Below are positions 27,280 to 36,006 of a stretch of DNA of 64,000 nt, one piece after another. The notes under the pieces were generated by a model. The model had not been told where the DNA came from, ran no database searches, and was given only the letters and a program-made list of their open reading frames with translations. Every line of letters starts with the position of its first letter. The first letter of the stretch is position 1. This stretch comes from Deltaproteobacteria bacterium (lineage in GTDB: Bacteria; Desulfobacterota; Desulfobaccia; Desulfobaccales; Desulfobaccaceae). Location of the stretch: positions 1,320-65,319 of the forward strand of contig JAFDGA010000023.1 in NCBI GenBank assembly GCA_019309545.1. The letters are read 5' to 3'. The position numbers were made by a program, and so were the translations under genes.

Positions 27280-28434
27280 TCAGGTGTATCTGTTTTTTAC
27301 CTCGACCTGCCCGGAGACAATTTTGGGATGATCGGCGGAAATCCGGTAATCATCGAAATCGACGGTCCGAACATGCTGAGTTATGCGATCCAGACTGTGA
27401 TAACCGTTGCGGCGGCGACTGTTGTAACCATAATACAGGGCGTTAATGCCTTCCTCCAGGGCCTGGATGACATTTTCGGCAGTAAAGTTTTTGGTTGTCT
27501 CGTAATCGCCGGTGCAGATTTTCTGCCAGGAAGCGTAGCCGAACAGGAAGGGGTGTTTATATCTTTCCAGCACCAGGGGCTGTAGACCGGCCAGAGTGGA
27601 AACCGCCACCCGACAGTCGGGGAATAGATAAAAGCGACCATAGTAATCTTTGAGGACATATTCGCCGATGTGTTTATAGATGATGTATTCGTTGCTGAAG
27701 CCGGTTTTAAAAAACCCGAAGCCATCCACCTCTAATGAACCTTGCCGGGCTAGGGCGAGGAGAATTGGGAGATAAGTACTTTGGGTCCGGACCAGCTGTT
27801 GTCGTTCCGCCAGCGCCTGTCGGAGACGATCTCTTTCCTGATCAATTATATATTTTTCCAAAGCCAGGCGAAACCACTCGTACAACTGTGGGGCCAACAT
27901 CAAACCTTCTAAAGGTTCGGGTCTGGTTGCCGCAGTGGCTTCAAGCCTTGTCACTAAATTTTGCAGTAATTCTAAATCCAGCAGCTTATCTACCTTTTGG
28001 TCATCGATTTTGGAGATTTCCAGCTTCTCCCGCAGCAAATCCATTATTTCTGTTTCGGTAAGTGGTATTCTCTTTAAACCGGCTTTTCTTCTCAAAAAGT
28101 GGGGCATTACCTCGAAAATTATGGTTCTGACCTGACTATCGATAGGTAGATCATTGATCTCCGGATCATGGCCAAATTTCTGTAAACCGGCCCGCCGCAG
28201 TTGCTGATAGGAGGTGGGGTGGATTTTTTCGTAGTTTTCCACCAGGGAGGCCAAACTCAAGGTTTTGACAAACAGCTTTCCCGCCCTGGCAATTAGGGGG
28301 CTACCAGGGGGTGGCGTGAACTGACCATCCGAGTTCTGAACTTCGCAAGCTATTTCCGGATCAAACAGTAGTGGTAGATAGATAAAGCCGCCTTCTATGA
28401 CAATCTCAAGATTTGATTCCAGCAACTGTTGCAT
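27280..28434 (-). CDS. hypothetical protein with candidate E2-like (UBC-fold-like) C-terminal region
   Basis: 384 aa. Residues ~235-345 read as strand-rich segments (FYLFPDCRVAVS, PLVLERY), then HPF (294-296), then Cys307 (QKICTG; codon 27514-27516) 10 residues later, then a helix (TAENVIQALEEGINALYYG). This is the order seen in E2 catalytic cores. It is pattern-level evidence only. Confidence 0.45.
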   Translation of the reverse strand: MQQLLESNLEIVIEGGFIYLPLLFDPEIACEVQNSDGQFTPPPGSPLIARAGKLFVKTLSLASLVENYEKIHPTSYQQLRRAGLQKFGHDPEINDLPIDSQVRTIIFEVMPHFLRRKAGLKRIPLTETEIMDLLREKLEISKIDDQKVDKLLDLELLQNLVTRLEATAATRPEPLEGLMLAPQLYEWFRLALEKYIIDQERDRLRQALAERQQLVRTQSTYLPILLALARQGSLEVDGFGFFKTGFSNEYIIYKHIGEYVLKDYYGRFYLFPDCRVAVSTLAGLQPLVLERYKHPFLFGYASWQKICTGDYETTKNFTAENVIQALEEGINALYYGYNSRRRNGYHSLDRITQHVRTVDFDDYRISADHPKIVSGQVEVKNRYT

Positions 28435-28478
28435 TACTGACTGCTCCAGTAATGGCAGACAATAATCATAGTTTAAGG

Positions 28479-29291
28479 CTAGTTTAAAGTTAACCTCATC
28501 ATATAGAAACTATCATTATTTTCATGATCGAGGGAAAGCACCTTCATAATTTGAAAGCCCAGGCGCTCATAGAGTTTTACTGCGCCGATCTTAACCAGCT
28601 CAACGTCTAATTCTACATATTTAACCTTTTTTTGCTTGAAGTTAGCGATACAGTTTTCAATTAACGCCGTCGCGATGCCCTTCCCTCGATGCTCGGGATG
28701 CACTGCGATCCTCAAGATCACCGCTCGGTGGCCTAGTTCACAGATACAGCCGATCAGGTAGCCTAAAATTTCTGTTGTTTCAAATATATAAAATAAGTGG
28801 TTCAGGGCCTGGCGAAAATTATGGTATTCCCAGAAGTCCAGGAAGGATAGCCGATCGATTTCCAGGACTTTATCCAGATCGCTCTCCGTAGCCATGCGGA
28901 TGTAATTACTGTAATTGCGATAAGGTCTACCTCCTTCTTGAGGTTTGATGGCCCGCACCGGCACGTAGAGATATTGTTCTCCGACTTCAGTTTCCTGCAC
29001 TTCGGCATAATCTCTAGCCTTGCCGTCAACCTCTCGACCTCTGCAGAGCAACTTGCCACCGGCCAACTGTCTTTTAATGTCTTCAAGGACTTGTTGTTCT
29101 TCGATGCTCCAATTGGTTTTACTTAAGGTTTCTTCACACAGCTTCCGGAGCGGTTTACCCTCGTAACTGCCGGGCTCGAAAATCTCGATTAACCCTTCTC
29201 CGGCCTGTCCCGGCATGATTTCGATCACCAATGATTGCGGCTGTGCCCGTTCAGCCGGTTGCTCAGCTTTCTTTGATTCTATTTCGGTCAT
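28479..29291 (-). CDS. fusion protein: N-terminal ubiquitin-like (beta-grasp-like) module ending in Gly-Gly + C-terminal RimI-like GNAT acetyltransferase
   Basis: 270 aa. Residues ~135-270 are a clear GNAT (ILRIAVHPEHRGKGIATALIE, VELDVELVKIGAVKLYERLGF). Residues ~20-121 show a Ub-like pattern (LVIEIMPG..GLIEIFEPG, long helix, KLLCRGREVDGKARDYAEVQ, YLYVPVRAIKPQEGG) with GG at residues 120-121 (28929-28934). AAGAGG RBS. Confidence 0.6.
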   Translation of the reverse strand: MTEIESKKAEQPAERAQPQSLVIEIMPGQAGEGLIEIFEPGSYEGKPLRKLCEETLSKTNWSIEEQQVLEDIKRQLAGGKLLCRGREVDGKARDYAEVQETEVGEQYLYVPVRAIKPQEGGRPYRNYSNYIRMATESDLDKVLEIDRLSFLDFWEYHNFRQALNHLFYIFETTEILGYLIGCICELGHRAVILRIAVHPEHRGKGIATALIENCIANFKQKKVKYVELDVELVKIGAVKLYERLGFQIMKVLSLDHENNDSFYMMRLTLN

Positions 29292-29474
29292 ATTTTGGCC
29301 TCTTAATTATAAAGCTAATTTTGCTCCGGGCCGGGGGACCCAAGACCGCCTGGCCCCAAAGCCATTTTTCTAAACCTAAATAATATCTCCCTTTCAAAAC
29401 TGCTTCGCCTCTGTTTAAGATATCCTATCTAGTTTCCTTAAAGCTACTGGGAAAACTGTATTTAGTTTACTGCT

Positions 29475-30476
29475 TCAGTTAGTGAATTTAAACTCTCCCC
29501 GCCCCAGCAGATCATGCAAATGGATGATACCCACCACCCGCAGTTGTTGGTCTACCACCGGCAAAACCGTAATGGCCTGGTGTTCCATCAGTTCCAGGGC
29601 CTGCGAGGCCAAGGCCTCGGGGCTGATGGTCTGGGGGGATGGCGTCATGATCTCCTGAACCTTTTTATCTAATAGATTACTAAATTTTTTCAAGGCCCGA
29701 CGTAGATCCCCGTCCGTAATAATTCCTTGCAGAATCTGCTGATCGTCCACTACCAGGGTGGAGCCAAGGCGTTTTTTATCCATTTCGACAATGGCTTCCC
29801 GCAGGGACTGTCCGGGGCGACTCAAGGGCAGGCGGTCGCCACTGAGCATTACCTCGGAAATGGCCAGGGACAGGCGCGCCCCCAGGCTGCCGCCGGGATG
29901 GAAGCGACGGAAATCGCTGGATTTGAAACCGCGCTGGGTGAGCAGAGCCACGGCCAGGGCATCGCCCATGGCCAGCGCCGCGGTGGTGCTGGCAGTGGGC
30001 GCCAACCCCAGCGGACAGGCCTCCCGGGGAACGCCGACATCGATGACCACCGCACTGTGTTGGGCCAGGGTTGAGTGCCGCCGTCCGGTCAGGGCGATTA
30101 GAGGGACCCCCAGACGCTCAATACTAGGGAGCAGGATGGTCAATTCATTGGTCTCACCGCTGTTTGACAAAGCCAGAACCACATCTTGGGCCGATACCAT
30201 TCCCAGATCGCCGTGCATGGCTTCCACCGGGTGTAAAAACAGAGCCGGAGTGCCGGTTGAATTAAAGGTGGCTACCAACTTCCGGGCCACGATCCCGGAC
30301 TTTCCTATACCGGTCACTATTAACCGCCCCTTAGCTTTAAGGATCACCTCCACGGCCCGGATGAATTGGTGATCGAGCTTCTGGATCAGGCCGGAGATGC
30401 CCTCTGCCTCAATGGTTAGAACTTCCCGGGCTAGCTGCAGCAGACCATCGGTTTTCCGTTGCTTGGGCAGTACCAT
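29475..30476 (-). CDS. kdsD: arabinose-5-phosphate isomerase (KpsF/GutQ/KdsD family; SIS + CBS pair)
   Basis: 333 aa. SIS motif VTGIGKSGIVARK and SNSGETNE, followed by a C-terminal CBS pair. Confidence 0.85.
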   Translation of the reverse strand: MVLPKQRKTDGLLQLAREVLTIEAEGISGLIQKLDHQFIRAVEVILKAKGRLIVTGIGKSGIVARKLVATFNSTGTPALFLHPVEAMHGDLGMVSAQDVVLALSNSGETNELTILLPSIERLGVPLIALTGRRHSTLAQHSAVVIDVGVPREACPLGLAPTASTTAALAMGDALAVALLTQRGFKSSDFRRFHPGGSLGARLSLAISEVMLSGDRLPLSRPGQSLREAIVEMDKKRLGSTLVVDDQQILQGIITDGDLRRALKKFSNLLDKKVQEIMTPSPQTISPEALASQALELMEHQAITVLPVVDQQLRVVGIIHLHDLLGRGEFKFTN

Positions 30477-30528
30477 GTAAAAGCAGTGGTCAGTGAACCA
30501 AAACCAACATTCTTCGCAAAGATAACTA

Positions 30529-31608
30529 TTAATCCGCCTTGTCAGGGCCGGTTGCCGGCTCTCCGAGCATAATGGTGTCTTTACCCCGGTCTTTACTGGA
30601 ATACATGGCCTGATCGGCTAACAGTAATAGGGTCTGCTTATCGGTAGCGTCATATGGCAAGGTAGCAATTCCATAACTGGCAGTAAGAGCCAGATTTAAG
30701 CCTTCCTCAGGAAGGAAACGGCTCTGATTAAGCGTTTCCCGTAATTGGCACACAAAGTCATAGGCCCTCTCCTTGCTCTGGCCCGGCAGCAGAATGATGA
30801 ATTCGTCCCCCCCGTAGCGGATCAGACTGTCGCTGGGGGACAATAAGGAGCCAATAACCCTGGCAATTTCTTTAAGGACCTTGCTTCCCTGGAGATGCCC
30901 ATAACGGTCCACCACCTTTTTAAAGTCGTCGATATCCAGAAATACTACCGAGAGTTCAGAGTTATCGCTAAGGACCTGGCAGACCAGTTTATCCAGGTGC
31001 CAGGTGAGGTAGCGGGTATTGAAGTAGCCGGTGACATCATCGATGAAGGCTTCCACCTGAAGCTTTTGAAAATTACGGACATTATCTACCGCAATGGCGA
31101 CGTAGTCGGTCAGGATGGCTAACAGGGGGAGATATTTTTTGCGGAAGAAGTTTTCGTTGTCCAGGTTGACCACCTCAATCACCCCGATCGCCTGTCCCCG
31201 GATGATGAGCGGCAAACAGATGATAGAGCGGGTTGCAAAGCCGGTGAGTTCATCGACCTTGGGGCAGAAGCGTTTATCCTGGCGGGCGTTCCTGATAAAA
31301 ATCGGTTCACCCGTCTGGGCTACTGTGCCGGCAATGCCTTCCCCGATTTTAAGCCGGAGATGGCGAACTTTTTCCAGATCAAGGCCCACAGCCACCGAAA
31401 AATAGAGTTCCTGGCCTTGGGGATCAATCAGCAAGAGGGACCAATTGCTGGCCGGGACCAGGGCATTGATCCGCTCCAACACCGCGGTCAGCAGGGTTTC
31501 CATATCAAAGGTGCTGACCAGAGTCTTGGAAATCTCAATACAGGTCAGCAGTCGCTCTACTTGGTTTTTGTCCGTAAAAGAATCTAACAACTCTTTACTC
31601 CTGACCAT
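30529..31608 (-). CDS. GAF-domain diguanylate cyclase (GGDEF)
   Basis: Start set at ATG 31608 (GGGAGG RBS). GAF-like N-half, then a GGDEF domain with an intact RYGGDEF active-site motif. Confidence 0.85.
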   Translation of the reverse strand: MVRSKELLDSFTDKNQVERLLTCIEISKTLVSTFDMETLLTAVLERINALVPASNWSLLLIDPQGQELYFSVAVGLDLEKVRHLRLKIGEGIAGTVAQTGEPIFIRNARQDKRFCPKVDELTGFATRSIICLPLIIRGQAIGVIEVVNLDNENFFRKKYLPLLAILTDYVAIAVDNVRNFQKLQVEAFIDDVTGYFNTRYLTWHLDKLVCQVLSDNSELSVVFLDIDDFKKVVDRYGHLQGSKVLKEIARVIGSLLSPSDSLIRYGGDEFIILLPGQSKERAYDFVCQLRETLNQSRFLPEEGLNLALTASYGIATLPYDATDKQTLLLLADQAMYSSKDRGKDTIMLGEPATGPDKAD

Positions 31609-31784
31609 GGATGCCTCCCAAGTCTTGCTGAATTTTACCTGAAGTGGTAAAAATTGCAAGTGAATTTAGGAATGACCCAGGATGCCGAGGCACGGAGAAA
31701 ATTATTGTTAGGGTTCAGTTATTAATTGACCTTAACCGGGTATCCGGATAAACTGCGATTAGCAAGTCTAAATAGGAGGACAAA

Positions 31785-32267
31785 ATGCCGGCGAAGCTGT
31801 TAATTCCTCTTGATGGCTCGGAAGCGTCTCATCGCGCGGTAGAATATGTGGCCAATACTTTTGGCCAGACTCCTGGTGTAGAGGTCAGATTGCTCCATAT
31901 TCTTGCCGGTACTCCCCCGGCCTTTTGGGATGATGGCCATATCTTAGACAATAAAGAACGCCAGGCCCGTCAGAATCTGATTGCTAATTGGCAAAGCGAA
32001 CAGGAAAAAAAATGGCAGGGCCTGTTTGCCCAGGCCCGGGATAGATTGATTCAGGGCGGCATGACCCCTGAGGCCATCAGCACCAAGTTCATGCCCAAGT
32101 ACTTCGACGTGGCCGAAGATATCCTGGCCGAGGCCGATGCCGAAGGTTATTCGACCATCGTCATGGGCCGCCGGGGTTTAACCGGAGCTCAAAAAGTGTT
32201 GTTGGGCAGTGTTTCCAGCAAGGTGGTGCACCGCGCCAAAGGCATTGCTGTCATTATCGTGGACTGA
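31785..32267 (+). CDS. universal stress protein (UspA family)
   Basis: 160 aa. C-terminal ATP-binding-type block VMGRRGLTGAQKVLLGSVSSKVV. Collinear paralogue of 36458-36940. Confidence 0.8.
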   Translation: MPAKLLIPLDGSEASHRAVEYVANTFGQTPGVEVRLLHILAGTPPAFWDDGHILDNKERQARQNLIANWQSEQEKKWQGLFAQARDRLIQGGMTPEAISTKFMPKYFDVAEDILAEADAEGYSTIVMGRRGLTGAQKVLLGSVSSKVVHRAKGIAVIIVD

Positions 32268-32308
32268 AACCACCTCCGGAGATCTTCGAGGGCTGCCTGA
32301 GCTCGACC

Positions 32309-33181
32309 TTAGGCTTTCCGCCGACAACGCATTTCAATATAGTTATCATTCAGATAACGGGCTAAGGTGAAGTCTCGGGCGGCCTCTTCCTGGTTAATGA
32401 TAATGCCCTGGGAGGTCAACTCCTTGGTGATCAGAGCCGGGTCATGTCCGGCAAACAGCCGGGTGATGACCTGATGCATGGTCCCGACCGAAACATTGCC
32501 TCGGGGCGGCAACTCCCGGGTAACGTCGTTCTTGATGCGGTGAAACAGGAAATCCACCAGGTAATCCCCGGCCGGACTGCTGAACCGTACTACCTTCTCT
32601 TCTTCAATCCCCTCGTTTAGGATCTCCTGCGGCACGTAGCGATCCAGGATCCAAGCGGTTAAATTCAGGTAAGAAGAAAGCAGGATGGCAACCATATCAT
32701 AATGATCTAGGGGGCGTTGTTCATCCTGTTCGACCCGGCTGGTGCCAAAGCGCCGAAAGCGGTATTCCTGAGCATTTTCATCCCGACTGACCAATAAATC
32801 AATCCCCACCGTGCCTATGGAGCAGGACAGATTAATGGTGTGATCAGCCGCAACCGGAACGCCATAGCGGGATAATTTGGTTAGGATCAGACCATGGCGA
32901 TGCCCTAACAGCACCCGTCGGATCAGGGCTTGCATGATATAGGGGGTAACATTATATTTGGCGGATAAGGCTAAAGAAGTCAACTGCTGAACCGTCATCT
33001 GAATAAAATAATCTGGGGGATAGAGCTCGAAATTTAGGGTTTCAAACTCCCCGGGTTTGCGACTATACCGTCTCCAGATCTCTTGCCAGCGATGATCCTT
33101 AACCAGTTCCAAGACTTCGATCAGGTCATAAGAATCCAGTTCCCGATTTTCCGCTTCTTCCACCAGACATTTGGCAGCCAT
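32309..33181 (-). CDS. hypothetical protein
   Basis: 290-aa ORF; no motif recognised. Confidence 0.45.
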   Translation of the reverse strand: MAAKCLVEEAENRELDSYDLIEVLELVKDHRWQEIWRRYSRKPGEFETLNFELYPPDYFIQMTVQQLTSLALSAKYNVTPYIMQALIRRVLLGHRHGLILTKLSRYGVPVAADHTINLSCSIGTVGIDLLVSRDENAQEYRFRRFGTSRVEQDEQRPLDHYDMVAILLSSYLNLTAWILDRYVPQEILNEGIEEEKVVRFSSPAGDYLVDFLFHRIKNDVTRELPPRGNVSVGTMHQVITRLFAGHDPALITKELTSQGIIINQEEAARDFTLARYLNDNYIEMRCRRKA

Positions 33182-33296
33182 AGCATCCTCCCAGTAATCC
33201 AGTTAGATTTAACAATAAAATAACTATCTTCTTCGTTCAGTGCAACCTTATCGGCTAGCGCGATTATCCGGCTACCATCCGCTATTAAACCAAAAT

Positions 33297-33869
33297 TTAC
33301 TGTTTCCTGAGGACCAGCGCATAGTAGTGCGGACGGCGTTCCTGACGTTGGACCTCTACCAGTCCCAGCGGCTGGGCCAGAACCAGGATGTCTTCCGGAG
33401 ATAAACGCACCTTTGGCGGTGGGCCTTTGGAACTCTCTTCTTTGGGCCACTCGATTACCAGAATCCGGCCTCCTGAGGCAACCAGGTTATCGGCCAAGGC
33501 CAGCAATTGGGCGGGCTCTTTGACTTCATGTAAGACAAAGGCCAGCAACACCCAGTCTACCGGTGATTGCCGGGGCAGTTCGTAGTCCGGGCCCGGGAAA
33601 ATCTCGACGTTGGCGAGGCCTTGGGCGGTTACTACGTCCTGAACCGCGGCCAGCATTTCGGGTTGGATATCAGTGGCCAGCACTTTACCCTCAGGTCCGA
33701 CCAGTTGAGCTGCCGGGACGGTAAAAAACCCGGTGCCGCAGCCGATGTCAAGCAGGGTCTGTCCGGCGGTTACTCCGGCCCACGCCAACAGTTCTTGGGG
33801 TCGGGTATTTTGGTACCGGGCTGGACTATCCAGCACGTGTTTCTTGGCAGGATCGAATCGATGTACCAT
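33297..33869 (-). CDS. class I SAM-dependent methyltransferase
   Basis: 190 aa. SAM motif I LLDIGCGTGFFT and a typical post-I/II layout. Confidence 0.75.
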   Translation of the reverse strand: MVHRFDPAKKHVLDSPARYQNTRPQELLAWAGVTAGQTLLDIGCGTGFFTVPAAQLVGPEGKVLATDIQPEMLAAVQDVVTAQGLANVEIFPGPDYELPRQSPVDWVLLAFVLHEVKEPAQLLALADNLVASGGRILVIEWPKEESSKGPPPKVRLSPEDILVLAQPLGLVEVQRQERRPHYYALVLRKQ

Positions 33870-33913
33870 GAGGAACCTTAGAATTTAATCTATAAGATCA
33901 CCTTCTGTCAATG

Positions 33914-34561
33914 CTAAGGCCGTTTGCCAATCTGAGCATCGAGCAACGATCTCAGCAGAGTGACAAGGCCTTGCAATTGCTCTTTTATTCGCCAGGCCTG
34001 TTCCCGAACAGTCCTGGTCAGGGTGGAATCACGGATTATACTGAGGTTAGAGAAGATATTGATTAAGGCCCCCTGAACTACGGCCTCTGCCAGAAAGGCC
34101 ATGACTCCGACATCGGCCAGGGTGACCGGGTAGCCTTGTTCAGCCAGGAGCGCAGCCCCCTGGAGCAGTTCTAACCCCCGGTGGGCCATCCCTAATGGTG
34201 GTTCGCAAGCCTTAAGAAACGCGGCATCGAGAGCCTGGCGGCGGCTGAGGCTTTGTTCGGCGGTGTGACCAGGCAGACGTTGGGCCTGCACTACAGCCTG
34301 ATAGGCCAAGGCATCGGCATCCAGAAAATTCAGGAAGGCAGACTGATGCTCCTTGATTTTATCCAAAAATTCTCCATCCCGCTGGTCATCGCCATGGTGC
34401 CGGGGGTTTTTTAAGCTAAGTTGAGTGGCCAGAGATCCCAGAGCCGCAGCCAAGGCTCCGGCCAGGGCGACTGCACAGCCTCCGCCCGGTAGGGGGTTGG
34501 CCTCTGCCAGGCGCTCCACAAAGCTTTGTATGGGCCATTCAGGGAATTTGGGAGATTCCAT
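33914..34561 (-). CDS. cyclodeaminase/cyclohydrolase family protein (FTCD C-terminal domain-like, folate-linked)
   Basis: Start set at ATG 34561 (MESPKFPEW). FVERLAEANPLPGGGCAVALAGALAAALGSL is the family signature. The longer track ORF runs through a GC-rich palindromic repeat. Confidence 0.7.
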   Translation of the reverse strand: MESPKFPEWPIQSFVERLAEANPLPGGGCAVALAGALAAALGSLATQLSLKNPRHHGDDQRDGEFLDKIKEHQSAFLNFLDADALAYQAVVQAQRLPGHTAEQSLSRRQALDAAFLKACEPPLGMAHRGLELLQGAALLAEQGYPVTLADVGVMAFLAEAVVQGALINIFSNLSIIRDSTLTRTVREQAWRIKEQLQGLVTLLRSLLDAQIGKRP

Positions 34562-34633
34562 GCGCGTCAGTTTTTTGATTTGAGTCTTAACACTTGACCC
34601 AGAATTTATTATGGTCGTTTCGGTAATTGTATG

Positions 34634-34663
34634 GTAGGGGGGAACCCGGCGGGTCGCCCCTAC
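34634..34663. repeat. short GC-rich hairpin repeat (GTAGGGGGGAACCCGGCGGGTCGCCCCTAC)
   Basis: Outer stem GTAGGGG/CCCCTAC and inner ACCCG/CGGGT. Related to the element at 6635-6658. Lies just upstream of the cyclodeaminase-family gene. Confidence 0.45.
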
Positions 34664-34828
34664 GCCAGCCGATCTTTGGGCCACACTGATTGGTTTCTGG
34701 GGCCCAAGCCAAGATTCATTAATTTTACCATCAAGACCCCAAGATACCAAGGGTAATAAAAGCTGGGCCAGGTTTGTATCTTGACCATTGGGGCGGTTTT
34801 GGTTATGTTGGTAATCGAGAGGAATCTG

Positions 34829-35161
34829 ATGAAACGCTCCCTGATTGCCTTGTTGCTTTCGGCGCTGGTCTTTCCGGGACTGGGGCAGATCTATAACCGG
34901 GACCTGAAAAAGGGTCTTTGTCTGATCCTTTTGGCTAGCCTGGGGGTTACGGTGATTTTCCTGGGAGGGCTGATTCTATTAAACTACGAATACGCCGCGA
35001 TTTATCCCGCCCCGTTAACTAAGCCAATGTTCCAGGAGATGGTGATTAAAATTTTACAACACCCGTTGATTCTGATTGCCCTCAGTCTATTTTTAGGGGT
35101 CTGGGTTTATGCGATCCTGGATGCCTTCCGCACCCCTTTGAGACAGCCACTGCAGGAGTAA
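34829..35161 (+). CDS. small membrane protein (two or three TM helices)
   Basis: Start at ATG 34829 (GAGAGGAA RBS). Hydrophobic segments LIALLLSALVFPGLGQIY, LILLASLGVTVIFLGGLILL and LILIALSLFLGVWVYAIL. Confidence 0.5.
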   Translation: MKRSLIALLLSALVFPGLGQIYNRDLKKGLCLILLASLGVTVIFLGGLILLNYEYAAIYPAPLTKPMFQEMVIKILQHPLILIALSLFLGVWVYAILDAFRTPLRQPLQE

Positions 35162-35163
35162 GT

Positions 35164-36006
35164 ATGGGAACAATCGATCTATTCTGGATCTTTCTGATGG
35201 TCATGGCCCTGCAACCGCTTATCCGCCAGAAATTCCTGGTGATGTCCAGACAACGATTGCTGGCCCGTTTAGAGAAGGCCCGGCAATCCCGGGTGATCAT
35301 GATGATCCACCGCATGGAGACCATGAGCCTGCTGGGCTTTCCGATCGTGCGGTATATCGACGTCAATGATTCTGAGGAAGTCATCCGGGCCATCCACCTG
35401 ACCGACCCTGAGGTCCCGCTGGATTTAGTGCTACATACCCCGGGCGGCTTGGTGTTGGCTTCGCTGCAGATCGCTCGGGCGATCCACCGACATCCTGGCA
35501 AGGTTACGGTCTTTGTGCCCCATTACGCTATGTCGGGAGGCACGCTGATCGCCTTGGCCGCGGATGAAATTGTCATGTGTGAACATGCGGTGTTGGGGCC
35601 GGTTGATCCCCAGTTGGGTCAATATCCGGCTGCCTCGCTGTTAAAGGCGGTAGCCCGCAAGCCGGTGGCCGAAGTGGATGATCAAACTCTGATTCTGGCC
35701 GATCAGGCTGAAAAAGCTATCTGGCAGGTACATACTAGTGTCCGGGAGTTGCTGGCCGACAAGTTCCCCACCGATAAGGCCGATGAGTTGGCCAAGCTGT
35801 TGACGGAAGGCAAGTGGACGCACGATCATCCCATCACCTTTAAGGCAGCCCAGGAAATGGGACTGCCGGTGAACAGCGAGATGCCGCAGGAAATCTTTCA
35901 ACTCATGGGACTCTATCCCCAGCCGGTGCGTCATCAGCCCACGGTAGAGTATCTCCCCATCCCCCGGCGGTTTGACCGGCGGGGTTCGAAATCAACCGGA
36001 GCATAA
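35164..36006 (+). CDS. SDH-family Clp-fold serine proteinase
   Basis: 280 aa. LDLVLHTPGGLVLASLQIARAIHRHPGKVTVFVPHYAMSGGTLIALAADEIVM matches the ClpP-fold SDH (serine dehydrogenase proteinase) family, with an N-terminal TM anchor. Confidence 0.7.
   Translation: MGTIDLFWIFLMVMALQPLIRQKFLVMSRQRLLARLEKARQSRVIMMIHRMETMSLLGFPIVRYIDVNDSEEVIRAIHLTDPEVPLDLVLHTPGGLVLASLQIARAIHRHPGKVTVFVPHYAMSGGTLIALAADEIVMCEHAVLGPVDPQLGQYPAASLLKAVARKPVAEVDDQTLILADQAEKAIWQVHTSVRELLADKFPTDKADELAKLLTEGKWTHDHPITFKAAQEMGLPVNSEMPQEIFQLMGLYPQPVRHQPTVEYLPIPRRFDRRGSKSTGA

Noticed and set aside
23632-29291. The cassette as a CBASS/Bil-type antiphage defence island
   Set aside because: No cyclase, nuclease, phospholipase, TIR, pore-forming or other effector gene is visible. 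No mobile-element or defence-island neighbours are visible either. The neighbourhood is housekeeping. Defence is not excluded, but it is not supported by the window.
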